Source: Dudresnaya verticillata (taxonomy: Eukaryota). From it: a DNA stretch of 64,000 bases. Positions 33,361 to 45,704 of this stretch are shown in pieces. Each line of letters begins with the position of its first letter. The first letter of the stretch is position 1. A model generated the notes under the pieces. It had not been told where the DNA came from, ran no database searches, and saw nothing but the letters and a program-made list of their open reading frames with translations. Where the stretch lies: NCBI GenBank assembly GCA_977862235.1, contig OZ374565.1:1240001-1304000 (forward strand), given 5' to 3'. A program made the position numbers and the translations under genes.

Positions 33361-36300
33361 ATGACTGATACCGAAGCCGAGATGGATACTTCGAGCGGGG
33401 TCAAGATACCCCGTTTCCACGGCAGGAGAGGTGACGACTACAGTCTCTGGCGTCATCGCCTTCGTGCCGCATGCCGCATCAAAGGGGTTTGGAATGTTGT
33501 CCACACCTCAAACGACACACCGAGCAGCTCACAGTCAACTGGAGAGGCCTCAGCGGATACTTCCATTCTTCACGCCAGAACCTTGGCCAAACGTGAGAAG
33601 GCTTGCGGGATCATTATCTCCGCACTTGGTGATGCTCCGCTTCGTGTCGTTATGGAGGTTGATGATGACCCCAAACGCATGCTGGAGCTATTGGACTCGC
33701 GCTATGCGTCCAGTCGAACCGTATCCCGTATCGCCGTACAGACCAAGCTATTCCGTATGACGTACACCGGTCAGAATATGTCCAACTATGTCGACCAGTA
33801 CACGTCACTGTTCGCCCAACTCGACCGCATGGGCAACGACTCGGCGATACCGGAGACACATAAGGCACCTATGCTGCTTGCTTCCATTGATCCGTCCTGC
33901 CACCTGGAGTCAACAGCTGCAGCTCTCCGCACCAAAGATGCTGCTGAGCTGACTTGGGACTACGTCGCAACCACGCTGATCGATGAGTACAACGCCAAAG
34001 ATTCTCATGGATCAAACGCAGGTGGGAGATCCAGTAAGTCGAAGAGTCGTCGGAAGAAGAAAAAGAAGTCCGCGTCGTCAGGTTCTCGCCAGCAACACAA
34101 CCCGCTGGATGACAACGACGACTCCGATGACTCTTCTGATATTGAATCCACCGTCCGTGCGTTGGCGGTTGCACTCAAGTCCGCCAAGCAGGCTCACTCC
34201 ACCCCGAACCGGCACCTTCACTGTGATGTTTGCGACAAGGATGGACACACCGCGGATCGATGCTATCTCAATCCGGAAAATCCTAACAACAAGCTTCCTC
34301 CAAAGGTGCGACAGATGTTCACCAACCAGGGCAAAAAGGGCAACGCCAACTCGGCGGTAGCTGCATCTGGTAAGAATAATGGTAAATCTGCAAAGGTAGA
34401 AATCGCCGGTGCATCGGTTGAGATGACTACTGTTGTTCCTCCGAACGACCAAGGAACGTATGCCGACAGTGGAGCAACTGTGCATTGCTTCCACTCAATG
34501 ACTTCTTTTGTACCGAGCTCAGTATCGCGCTGCGAAAAGCGTACTGTAGTGCTTGCGGACAAGTCGTCTGTCACCTCAGACCTATTTGGAGATGTGATTC
34601 TGCCGTTTGAGCATGCCAATATTCGGCTCAAGAAGGCCCTCTTCATCCCGCAGATGGGATACAATCTTGTCTCTACTGGGCGTTTGGCAGATAAAGGAAT
34701 TGAATCCCACTTTCGCCGCTTGGACGTGCGCTTGGTACTCGACTCTGATGGGTACTATATTGGATCCGGTGTTCGCGATGCGAGTTCTGGAATGTACATG
34801 CTACCAGAACCCGGGCCGCACACTTCGGAGGAGCAAGTACTGGCTGTCCCCAGCACGCAGCAAACTACTGAGCTCTGGCATCGACGTCTTGCCCACATTA
34901 ATTTTCGGGACTTGGCCAAAGTGCACGAGCATGTTGAGGGTGTTCCGGAGTTGGGCTCCACTCATGAAGTGTGTCGGGCTTGTAGACTTGGGAAAGCACA
35001 CAAACAATCATTCCCAGGGCACTTCCGCCTGGCCAAAGCTGTCGGTGATCTCGTGCACTCCGACATTGTGGGTCCAATCCAGATCTCCTTTCCCGATCGT
35101 TTCCGGTATGCCACGACGTTTCTGGATGACAAATCCCGTTTCTTGGTCGTCGCATGTATGAGAAGTCGCCGTATGTTGAGTGCAGCATTTGATCAAGCTT
35201 CAGCAAAGTTTATCGAGCTTGGAGGAGCGGAAATAACAAAACTCCACTCAGACGGGGCTCAGGAGTATTTGGCTTTGCAGAAAGATTTGGGAGGAGTTGG
35301 AGACAGTGGCAAATCCTTCTCCCCACCTTATACTCCGGAGCTCAATGGAATCGCGGAAAGGGTGAACCGAACCATGGTGGAAGCTGCCCTGACTTTGCTG
35401 ATCCAGGCTGATCTACCGGGATGTTTGTGGCCGTTTGCACTGAAGCATGTCAACTACGTGCGCAATCGGGTACCACACTCAACCGTTGGGGCTACGCCAT
35501 ACTCGGTCATGACAGGTGATGTTCCTGATTTAAAACATTTAAGAGTGTTTGGATGTGCTGCATATGTCCTAAGGCTCCCACGCGGATCCAAGTTCGAGTC
35601 TCGTGCACTTGAGGGGGTGCACTTGGAGACTCTAGAGCATGGGATCTACAGGATATTGGTCACTGGCGGTGACGGTATACCTCGTGTGGTTGAGTCGCGG
35701 CATGTCACATTCGACGAGTCCAAATTCCCGGGTGCTCCAAGCCTGTTGGAATATGGGCAGGACGAGGCAGATTCGGATGAAGATTACGAGTCTAACTCAG
35801 AGGCCTCTATTTGCAACTCGGACTCTGATGACGATTTGTCGCTGGGTAACTTTGAGGATGAAGAGGATGCGATTGAAGTTGACACACCTTCTTCACCTCC
35901 ACTACCTCCATCAGAACCCAGCTCATTCGAATCTGATGACACGGCTGAGGAAGAAAACGTCTCTGACAGTCCTCCGGCTGGTGTGAGTTCAGATCCAGAA
36001 CGCCAGCAACAGAGTCGATATCCTCGTCGCCAACGTCGCCAGACGTCGAAATGGTTTATGGCGAGCTCTGCACAAGCTGAACAACAGGTTGCCCTCACAA
36101 CGGGAGATGAGCCCACTCTTCGAGAGGCCATGTCTGCCACTCCGGAGGAGCGCGGGTTGTGGCAATCTGCCATTGATGATGAGTTCGCATCCTTGGAATC
36201 CAAAGGCACTTGGGTCCGTGATGGCAGTCCCGGTGCACAGCCGCTTCCAACGCACGCCGTGCTGAAAGTTAAACGCAAGTCCGACGGGACCGTCGAGCGC

Positions 36301-37683
36301 TTCAAAGCGCGGGTCGTCGCTGGTGGAAACTTCCAGACGTATGGTGAAGACTACATGGAAACATACGCCCCAGTTGTGTCGTTCTCGCTGGTGCGCATGT
36401 TCCTATACTTGGTACTGTGTTTGAACCTGTTTGTTGCACAGCTAGACGTGAAGACGGCTTTCCTGAATGGTGATCTGGCAGAACACGTGTGGGTAATGCC
36501 ACCGCGTGGGATTCCTGGAAGGGAATCTCTCTGTTACAAACTTCTGAAGGCTATGTATGGGCTAAAACAGGCTCACCTAGCTTGGCACACCAAGCTGTGT
36601 GGTGACCTTGCTAGGATGATGTTTGAGGAATTGCCAAGTGCACCTTGCGTGTTTCGTCGCAAATCCAAGTCTTCTGGATACGCATACATCTTGGTGTACG
36701 TTGATGACTTGCTCATCCTCGCACCCACAAAGGCGGAGAGAGACGCCATTGTTAAGGAACTGCAGGGCCTCTACGATCTACGGCTGTCTGAAGGGGTTGA
36801 CCTCTTCCTCGGAGTCGAGCTTGGATGGAAGCTAGACTCTGATGGCAGATTTGTGTCCCTCAAGATGACTCAACAGGTCTACACGGAAAGTGTTCTTCGT
36901 CGATTTGGACTTCAGAACTCTAAGCCGGCTTGTACGCCGATGGTTGAGTCTTTCTTCACTGGACTTGCCGCCGAAGAGGACAAGGCCGTCGTGTCGGTTG
37001 AGACGTACCAGCAGATGATCGGGTCACTTCTGTACTTGGGGCTTCGCACAAGGCTGGACATTTTGGCCTCTGTGCTTATCCTCGCACGGTTCCAGAAGGC
37101 TCCAACTGCGTACTGTCACCGTGGTGCAAAGAGGGTTCTGCGATATCTTCGAGGCACTCACAAGCATGGAGTTACGTACCAGTCCGGAAGCACTCGTATC
37201 CAAGCTTATGTGGACGCTGACTATGCCGGTGACACCACAGACCGAAAATCTATGTCTGGTTACATGGTGAAACTGGGAGATGCAGTGTGTATTTGGGGAT
37301 CCAAGAAGCAGTCAACTGTTGCTCTCTCAACTTGCGAGTCGGAGTACTATGCAATGACTCTGGCTGCGAAAGAGACGGTTTGGGTCACGCGAGTGCTGAA
37401 GGAGGCCGACTTGAACGTCGAAGGCCCGGTTCCATTGAGATCAGACAACCAGTCTGCCATCAATTGGGCTACTGGAGAACGCTGTCCATCTGGTCGTGCC
37501 AAGCACATCGACGTTCGTGTACACTTCATTCGCGAACTTGTCGCCGACTCTGTTCTGGAAGTGGTGTATGTGCCGTCAGAAGACAACGACGCGGACTTGC
37601 TGACAAAGCCACTCGGGCCCACTTTGCTCAATAGGATTCTACCAAGGGTTGGACTTGGAGGAGCCATCGAGGAGGAGTGTTGA
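33361..37683 (+). CDS. Copia gag-pol polyprotein, 1440 aa
   Basis: CDVCDKDGHTADRC zinc knuckle, ADSGAT protease, WHRRLAH..CRAC, HSDIVGP/HSDG/NGIAER integrase, YVDD RT, YVDADYAG RNase H; stop codon lies inside 3' LTR (TGT TGA). Confidence 0.97.
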   Translation: MTDTEAEMDTSSGVKIPRFHGRRGDDYSLWRHRLRAACRIKGVWNVVHTSNDTPSSSQSTGEASADTSILHARTLAKREKACGIIISALGDAPLRVVMEVDDDPKRMLELLDSRYASSRTVSRIAVQTKLFRMTYTGQNMSNYVDQYTSLFAQLDRMGNDSAIPETHKAPMLLASIDPSCHLESTAAALRTKDAAELTWDYVATTLIDEYNAKDSHGSNAGGRSSKSKSRRKKKKKSASSGSRQQHNPLDDNDDSDDSSDIESTVRALAVALKSAKQAHSTPNRHLHCDVCDKDGHTADRCYLNPENPNNKLPPKVRQMFTNQGKKGNANSAVAASGKNNGKSAKVEIAGASVEMTTVVPPNDQGTYADSGATVHCFHSMTSFVPSSVSRCEKRTVVLADKSSVTSDLFGDVILPFEHANIRLKKALFIPQMGYNLVSTGRLADKGIESHFRRLDVRLVLDSDGYYIGSGVRDASSGMYMLPEPGPHTSEEQVLAVPSTQQTTELWHRRLAHINFRDLAKVHEHVEGVPELGSTHEVCRACRLGKAHKQSFPGHFRLAKAVGDLVHSDIVGPIQISFPDRFRYATTFLDDKSRFLVVACMRSRRMLSAAFDQASAKFIELGGAEITKLHSDGAQEYLALQKDLGGVGDSGKSFSPPYTPELNGIAERVNRTMVEAALTLLIQADLPGCLWPFALKHVNYVRNRVPHSTVGATPYSVMTGDVPDLKHLRVFGCAAYVLRLPRGSKFESRALEGVHLETLEHGIYRILVTGGDGIPRVVESRHVTFDESKFPGAPSLLEYGQDEADSDEDYESNSEASICNSDSDDDLSLGNFEDEEDAIEVDTPSSPPLPPSEPSSFESDDTAEEENVSDSPPAGVSSDPERQQQSRYPRRQRRQTSKWFMASSAQAEQQVALTTGDEPTLREAMSATPEERGLWQSAIDDEFASLESKGTWVRDGSPGAQPLPTHAVLKVKRKSDGTVERFKARVVAGGNFQTYGEDYMETYAPVVSFSLVRMFLYLVLCLNLFVAQLDVKTAFLNGDLAEHVWVMPPRGIPGRESLCYKLLKAMYGLKQAHLAWHTKLCGDLARMMFEELPSAPCVFRRKSKSSGYAYILVYVDDLLILAPTKAERDAIVKELQGLYDLRLSEGVDLFLGVELGWKLDSDGRFVSLKMTQQVYTESVLRRFGLQNSKPACTPMVESFFTGLAAEEDKAVVSVETYQQMIGSLLYLGLRTRLDILASVLILARFQKAPTAYCHRGAKRVLRYLRGTHKHGVTYQSGSTRIQAYVDADYAGDTTDRKSMSGYMVKLGDAVCIWGSKKQSTVALSTCESEYYAMTLAAKETVWVTRVLKEADLNVEGPVPLRSDNQSAINWATGERCPSGRAKHIDVRVHFIRELVADSVLEVVYVPSEDNDADLLTKPLGPTLLNRILPRVGLGGAIEEEC

Positions 37684-38715
37684 GGACATGGTCGCTGGCG
37701 CCTCACGTCACGGGTCAGGTACCCCAGATGGTACCCTGGCACGCTTTCACCAAACCTTCCGGAGACGACAGCCCTTTTTCCGGGCTTCCAAAATCACGGC
37801 GCATTTAGGCCTTTTGCAAAAGCAACGTGAAACGGGCTTCTGATTGGTTGTTACAAACCGCCTCCATGGTCTATATGGCTTACAAGTGTTGTGCTGGAAT
37901 TGGCGGTTATAACAGGAACGGCCAAGTGGAACGATCTGATTGGACCACATGGATGCACGTGGTATGGCATGGAATGGTACTGGTATGACGCGCACTGTAC
38001 TCCACAAGTACATATGAACGTGCTATGCAATGTGCTGATGGCGTCTGAGTTGGTACTGCAGGGACTTGCGCTACGTGGAGCCTGGCTTGTGATATCAGCA
38101 GATGCAGTTGTCGTGCGGCCAACACGTCGGTTTACAGTTGCCACGTAGCTGTCGTGCGGCCGACACGTTGGTTTACAGTCGGCACGTAGGTGTCGTGCGG
38201 CCGACACGTTGGTTTACAGCTGCCACGTAGGCAAATCTGGGTGATTACGTGGTCAATGATCCAAGTTGGATATTCATGGACGGACTTGAGCTGGTAAGTG
38301 CGGCCACGTGGTGTGCAGCGTTGTCCGACAGCAGCCATGCGGGGACACTCGATACTTTCGAGTTCCCGCCCAAAGTTGGAGTACATATGGATGGCAGGAA
38401 ATGCGGTCGCAAGAGGGATTGCTGATGTCAGCAGTTAGCAACACTGGTGTGCAAGTTCCCGCCCATTTTGGTGGCGGATGTGAGTGTGCTGAGAGTATGA
38501 TTTGGTAGATTTAATTGTTTTACTTTTTCCAGCCCATTTGATGATAGGGATTTTGGGCGTTTCTTTAATGATTTGTTTTGTTTGTGTTCACGCAGCAACT
38601 CATCCGAAAAGCTGATATAAGCCTTGTCGGATGGTCGACTGCAGTAAACGAAGTCAAGCGACTTCCATTTCTCATCTTGTTCAACTCCAACCTCTCCATA
38701 TTCCTTTTCATCATC

Positions 38716-41463
38716 ATCGTTTTACAACGAAATAGCAAGGTTTCGCCACCTGCTACCGCACGTGCAACCCGAACGAACTACGCTATTACAGCGGAACACT
38801 ACCAACCAACGCCACCACAACGCAACTCGCGGCTAGGACTGATGGCATCACACGCCAACGCTACTCTAGCGGGAATCAAGGAAACGACGTAAAGTCGACG
38901 TGGGACCACCTTAAGCCGACGCGAATCGCGACGCAGAAAGACACTGACAATGGTCAAGTTTACTGGGCTAAACAAGTGGGGAAAACCCCGCACCCTTGTT
39001 AACGACCACTGCAGCTAACACGTCACAACGACAGCGACACTAACCGTCAACGACGAATGGGAACAACCCCCGCTCATCGACGGCGAAGAGGAGTCAAAGA
39101 GCGTCACAGTACGCAATCTCGCGTCCTCTACCCGTTTCAAAAAAGATATCAAGTATCTTTTGTCGCAGACGAGTTGGCTGGGACAACCTTAGCATCGCTC
39201 TCGGCAGACACGCGCAACGCCTCTTCATAGAGGTCGTCCTCCGTCGTCGACGGTAAACCCGCGGCAGGAGCAGGGACGGAGCGCAAGGTCCCCGCGCCTA
39301 CTACTGCCTGAGTGCTCGCGACAGGCGCCGCAGGTGCAGGGGCGACTCATCTATCGCCTTTGGCGAAGTCGCTAGAATACCCGCCACAGGCGATGGAGCA
39401 ACTAAATCCTCCGCAGGCGTAGAGTTCAACTCATCATCCGCCTTTGGGCCCGACCCAGAACCAGCCGCCTTTGGCGTAAGCTCAGAAACCGCCTCGATCG
39501 GAATCACATCCTCACTCGCCTTTGGCGATATTTGCTCTACATCCGTCACTGACGCAGGAGCTCCTGGCTCCTTTTGGGGCGTCGACGACGTTTTAGCAGC
39601 ATTCGCTTCGCTCGCCGCAGGCGGTACAGTAACAATAACGTCTTTAGACGCTGGACCATTCGCCTTAGGTGATGGCGGCTTTCCTGCCATACTGTCGTTC
39701 GACACGGAGCCTACGACAACAGTCGGTTCTGGCACGGACCCACCCTGGGATAGCAACGCAACCGCCAAGGATTGGCTCACCCACTCTGTGGGTGAGCCGC
39801 TCAAACCGCTAGTAGCGACGCCGGCAGCCTGCAATAACGCGAGAACTGTACGGAGCTGTTCTTCAGTTCAGACTGGCACACCGGGAGCTCAAATTCCACT
39901 CCAACGTCCAGACAACGCCAAGGGGCAGGACCCCTGGCAAGAATCCGCTAGAAGCGTAATGACCGACCAGTTCGTCGCTGCGCAAAGCGTCCTGGTCGAA
40001 CCAGGGGACCCGCGCGAAGAACTGCGCGTAATCGCGAGGATTATTACCGATGAAGTCGACTGTCGATGCGTATATGGGCGCGGCAGAGGGCGGCGCCACC
40101 TGCATGCCATTGAATACCGGCATATCCTCGAAGTCGTGGATAAGTTGTCGCCGCAGGCGATGTATGCAAGAACGTCAAAGACGACTACTGTACAGCGCCG
40201 CTGGCGAAAGTCTTGCACACGTGCGTCAAAGACGACTACCGCTCGGCACCACAGGTGATGGAAAGAAATATCCGTCAACGACGTTCAGTTGCAACGCTAC
40301 AGGCGATACGAAAAAACATGACGATTGCCTCGCGGCGCCAGAAGGCGAGGGAACCTGAACGACGTCAACGACGGGAATCGAGACGCGACACGGGCGGTGA
40401 TGTCGGGACAGCGCAAGTGCACGCAGCACGCAACACGAGCGGAGTTAGTACGGCACAGCCAAAGTCGCAACGAACACGCGGGTACACCAACACGAGGCGC
40501 CGGAGCGGGCAAGGACGAAGAGGCAACGCGCGCGGCGGCAAGTTGGGGGTCGGACGTGTTCGCGTTTTGGAGGTGTGTTGTGTGGTGCAAGGGGGGTGAG
40601 CCCCTTTTTCGCTCTGAGAGTGTAATACGCCGTCGACCGACGTGCAGTCCCAACCGCTGTTGGCGCGCGCGAACACGTCACGGACGGTCGGCCCAACGGC
40701 GTACGGGCGCCGCAATCGCGCACGGGCATGGCGGCTCAAGCACTGTACGCCCGGCGCGGCACGCATCCGGATCACCCATCGGGATCCAGGAGGTGTAAGA
40801 CGCGCATCTGTAAGTATGGACCAGATCCGGATTTGATCTGGAGCGGATATCGGGACCAGATCGGGACCCGTTACAATGTAAGACGTGCGCCTGTAATGAC
40901 GACACGCCAGCAATGCCGGTAGGGATCGAGATCCGAATCCAGATCACCTCTAACGACGTGCGGACGAGCCTGTAAGCTACTCATTACACGCACGCACGTC
41001 TGTATGCTACTGTTTACCCGCGGGTACGCGGCTGCATGACGATGACGACGAGTGAGACGCCCGGCGGCGTGACACGCGTCCCGAGTTCCCGCGTGCCACG
41101 CCACGCCGCCACCGCACGCATCGTAGCGATAGTATATTAGGTAACCCGTCTGGGACGTTGAGTAAATCCCGGCAAACCGGCCCCGGAACTGAAGCCCCTT
41201 CGCTAGTGCGTACTTCTCGTTACCAACGAAGGCAACTGCGCAGCTCCGCCCGCGCTTCCGCGTCCGTCTACGTCCCCAATGCGTCTCTCTTTTTCTCTCT
41301 CTTTTCTATCTTTGTGGCTTTGTTTCCACTCCTACCGCCCAGAGCGTTTACAGTCTACCCTCGACGTGTTCCCTTCGCTCTAGCACACCCTCGCTACCAG
41401 CGTTCTACCACCAGGATCGAACTACCCGGAGGTGTTCCTCGTCTCTAGCCGGTTTGCACCACA
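38716..41463 (+). mobile_element. Gypsy family B remnant B1 (3' internal region with deleted antisense ORF plus 3' LTR 40581-41463); also includes 31281-31387
   Basis: Inverted homology to 44001-45586 and 52417-53725; LTR TGTGGTGCAA...TTGCACCACA. Confidence 0.85.
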
Positions 41464-41469
41464 CTGTTG

Positions 41470-42120
41470 TTTCAGTGAATGCATTCCAACGCTCCCAGGA
41501 ACCTTTTTTCTAAACAAACCGTCGTTAGACCTTTCGAGCCATTGTTCAATTGGGTGGTAGGAACATCTGTGGTCTAAGACTGCAGTGTTGAGTATTCGGA
41601 GTAGAATATAACACTTGCCTTTCTCTGCCAATCCATCTGCGGGATTGAACTCAGATATGTTGAATCCAACTTGAGCCAGTTCATTACTCTTATAGGCGCT
41701 TTTAACAACCTTAAGGTCAGTTATGATGCGCTTCTCGGCTGTTTGTGATGACAGCAAAGAGCGAGAGACTATCGGTCAACATGACGATTGGAATATACTG
41801 TTTTATCATAGTTTGTAGATCGTTTCTGATTTCCAAATCCATATCAAATGCGTCTGCAAGTGCCATTGTTTCACTCCCTAAAACTGACCGAGTTACGCGT
41901 TTAGATTTGAGGGAAGACCAGGAAATTTGTTGGCATTTTTTGGAGCGGTCGGTCAAGAAGATGATCTATCCAGGTTCTGATGTTTCATCGTAATTGTTTC
42001 CATACGATGCATCTGAATAGACCTGTATTCGTAGTGAGCTCGTATACAGATTTGGGTACTGTAGTAGAATGGCTTTCAAGCCAGAAACAGACGACACCAC
42101 AGCAGGACAGCTGTCTCGAA
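41470..42120 (-). pseudogene. GalEa-like Copia RNase H fragment
   Basis: QVYSDASYGNNYD, WSSLKSKRVTRSVLGSETMALADAFD, LTDSLSLF, EKRIITDL, NPADGL. Confidence 0.82.
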
Positions 42121-42180
42121 AGCAAGATCCCATTCGCGTGGTAGGTAGCTTGGCAATAGGGTGGTAGCGACTTAAGAAGT

Positions 42181-44000
42181 TGTGGTGCAACGCCCGAGCT
42201 CCCCGTACGTGGGGTTTTATAACCCCTTTCTGCGCGCGATCGCGCTCATCCGCGACGCGAACCGCCAAGTTGGGCTTACCCATTGGCCAGTGGTCAACCA
42301 CCATAGCAGGACCGCCCCCGAACTCGGGGCTTTCCCATTCCATCGCCTTTACAGGGCCGCACTCGCCGCCTTACAGCCACCGCTACGCAAGCGCGCGCAC
42401 GACACGCGCAACACCCATGACACGTGCACACGGGCGCAGTCGCGCGTCATTATAAGTCTTACAGCGTGCTGGTGTCGGTGTATAGCAGGTACGCTGTGCT
42501 ACTGTAGTGTTAGTTTATTGTACTCTAGTGTTAGTTTATTTGCTAGTGTACAGCAGCCCTAGTCGCCACCGCCACGGCGCCGCCGGGGTGGTGGGACTTA
42601 AGGGTCTAGGACCACCCTCCTGCAGTAAACCCAGCCAAGCTTCGGCTCCACACTTATGGTACCCCTACCTCCCTTCGCTTGGCAAGTGAATCCTTCGCGG
42701 ATCTGGGCTACGTACGCCTGTGGTGCTGACACACTTTTCGTTCGTGTATTCACGCTGGTCCAGTGCCGGCGCTCTCGCTACCTGAGCACTTGTCGTGTTT
42801 GCACGAGTTCCGCTGGGCGTTCAAAGTCCGCGCGCCGGGGCTTTCCCCTCTGATCTACCACTACGCGCTGACGCAATCCGCACGCGTCTCCGCGCCTCCT
42901 CCCTGATACCCGGCCACGTCTGACCAGTGGGTTGCGTTGGTTGCGACCTTCATTCGGAGGGTTGCACTACACCTCTCTGGTCTCCTGACCTAGAATCCCA
43001 CCCGATTGGAGCGTTCTCCGTCCAGTAGGGATCTCCAGCTTTTCGTACCTGCCCCGCCGACCTCTCCGTTTTGTCGGCCTGCTCAAGTTGCTTCCAAAAG
43101 GATCACCCAAGACGCAGGCGCATCATGGTGAGACCACCTACGTCAAGTTGCAAGGCGACCTCGTTCACTTCGGAGCCCCGCCGCTCCCTCCGCTTTCAAG
43201 GCCACCCGCCGCCGAATCCGGGACCAAACCCGTCGATTGGACAGCTATTCAGCCGCTCGCGCGTTGGTGCCGACAGCCAGCGAACGGGTGATCCCGCGGA
43301 ACCGATGGCGATCACTTCCATCGCCGGACCGTCAATGGCGTCCGACGCTCCGCCGGCAATGCGGCCGCGACCGTTTTTTCACGAGAACTCCCGCCAGTTC
43401 GTCTTGGAAAGTGGGACTTGCCGTCTCCCAGGCGCCATCTCAGTCGTCCGACTCGACCTCTGCGGGTTATCCCGCTTTGCAGGCGCCTTCGAACGGTTAT
43501 CCCGCCTCGCAGGCGCCTTCACAGATGCCTGCGTCCAGCTATACGGGGTATCCCAATCCGGCTTCGACTGCCACGGCACCTTTGGCGCCGTCGGCATCGG
43601 CCCCGGAGTCTATAGTCAGCGCCCCTGTGGCAAGGGTACCGACTGCAGATCAAACAGTGGCTGATCCGCAAGGCCCCGCACCGTCTCGCGACGGTGTGGC
43701 CAACACTGTATCCGTTAACGGGTCTCCTGCTCCACGCAGTCAACGGGTTAGCCCGATTCGTTCGCCGGAACCAGCGCCTTCGCCGCCGCATCCAGAAGGC
43801 CCAACGGCCGGAGCAACGGGTAATCCCGAAGCTGCCAGCGTCCACATCGCTTCAGGACTTACTGTCCCCCGGGCGGCAGTCCGCAAGATTTTTATCTCGT
43901 AGGATGCCGTCCTGGTAGACAACCTGGCACAACACATGGACGCGGAAGTTGCGCAGTTCACGGAGACCTGTTGTGAACAGTTTAATGGCGTTAACTCATG
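42181..44000 (+). mobile_element. Gypsy family C 5' end: LTR 42181-42971, PBS, leader and low-complexity gag start, truncated at B2
   Basis: TGTGGTGCAAC...GTTGCACTACA; TGGTCTCCTGACCTAGAA at 42978 nearly identical to family A PBS. Confidence 0.8.
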
Positions 44001-45704
44001 TGTGGTGCAAACCGTCTATAGACGAGGAGCACATCCGGGTAGCTGGATCCCGGTGGGTAGAACGCTGGTAGGGAGGGTGTGCTAGAGCGAAGGGAACACG
44101 GCGAGAGCGGGCAGTAAACGCCCTGGGCGGTAGGAGTGGAAACAAAGCCACAAAAAGGGAAAAGAGAGAGAAAGAGAGAGAAAGAGAGAGACGCATCAGG
44201 GACGTAGACGGACGCGGAAGAACGGGCGGAACTGCGCAGTTGCCTTCGTCGTTAGCGAGAAGTACGGACTAGCGAAGGGGCTTCAGGTCCGAGGCCGGCT
44301 TACAGGGATTTACTCAATGTCCCAGACGGGTAACCTAATATGCAATCGCTACGATGCGGGCGGCGGCGGCGTGGCGTGGCACGCGGGAACTCGGGACGCG
44401 TGTCACGCCACCGCGCGTCTCACTCGTCGTCATCGTCATGCAGCCGCGTACCCAGGGGTAAGGAGTAGCTTACAGACGTGCGCGCGTGTAATGAGTAGCT
44501 TACAGGCGCCTCCGCTCGTCGGTAGGGGTGATCCGGATTCGGATCCCAATCCCTGCAAGCATTGCTGGCGCGTGGCCATTACAGGCGCACGCCTTACATT
44601 GCAACGGATCCCGATGGGTGATCCCGATGTCCAATCCAAATCCAATCCGGATCTGGTCCATGTTACAGATGCGCGTCTTACACCTCCTGGATCCCGATGG
44701 GTGATCCGGATGCGTGCCGCGCCGGGCGTACAGTGCTTGAGCCGCCATGCCCGTGCGCGATTGCGGCGCCCGTACGCCGTTGGGCCGACCGTCCGTGACG
44801 TGTTCGCGCGCGCCAACAGCGGTTGGGACTGCACGTCGGTCGACGGCGTATTACACTCTCAGAGCGAAAAAGGGGCTCACCCCCCTTGCACCACACAACA
44901 CACCTCCAAAACGCGAACACGTCCGACCCCCAACTTGCCGCCGCGCGCGTTGCCTCTTCGTCCTTGCCCGCTCCGGCGCCTCGTGTTGGTGTACCCGCGT
45001 GTTCGTTGCGACTTTGGCTGTGCCGTACTAACTCCGCTCGTGTTGCGTGCTGCGTGCACTTGCGCTGTCCCGACATCACCGCCCGTGTCGCGTCTCGATT
45101 CCCGTCGTTGACGTCGTTCAGGTTCCCTCGCCTTCTGGCGCCGCGAGGCAATCGTCATGTTTTTTCGTATCGCCTGTAGCGTTGCAACTGAACGTCGTTG
45201 ACGGATATTTCTTTCCATCACCTGTGGTGCCGAGCGGTAGTCGTCTTTGACGCACGTGTGCAAGACTTTCGCCAGCGGCGCTGTACAGTAGTCGTCTTTG
45301 ACGTTCTTGCATACATCGCCTGCGGCGACAACTTATCCACGACTTCGAGGATATGCCGGTATTCAATGGCATGCAGGTGGCGCCGCCCTCTGCCGCGCCC
45401 ATATACGCATCGACAGTCGACTTCATCGGTAATAATCCTCGCGATTACGCGCAGTTCTTCGCGCGGGTCCCCTGGTTCGACCAGGACGCTTTGCGCAGCG
45501 ACGAACTGGTCGGTCATTACGCTTCTAGCGGATTCTTGCCAGGGGTCCTGCCCCTTGGCGTTGTCTGGACGTTGGAGTGGAATTTGCGCTGTGCCGTTCC
45601 TCCGGAATGGCTCTGGGTCCGAGCCGGACAGTCGCGTGCGGATTTCCGTGCTCGTTTCGTCTCAGTCGTCTATCGGCGATTCACGCGTTACCCCGGGTCG
45701 GCGT

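Larger units (their letters stand above)
31388..38710 (+). mobile_element. Intact young Ty1/Copia LTR retrotransposon
   Basis: 1033-bp LTRs 31388-32420 and 37678-38710 apparently identical; TSD TCATC; PBS GGTTATGGGCCCAG; PPT GAGGAGGAG; single intact ORF. Confidence 0.97.
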
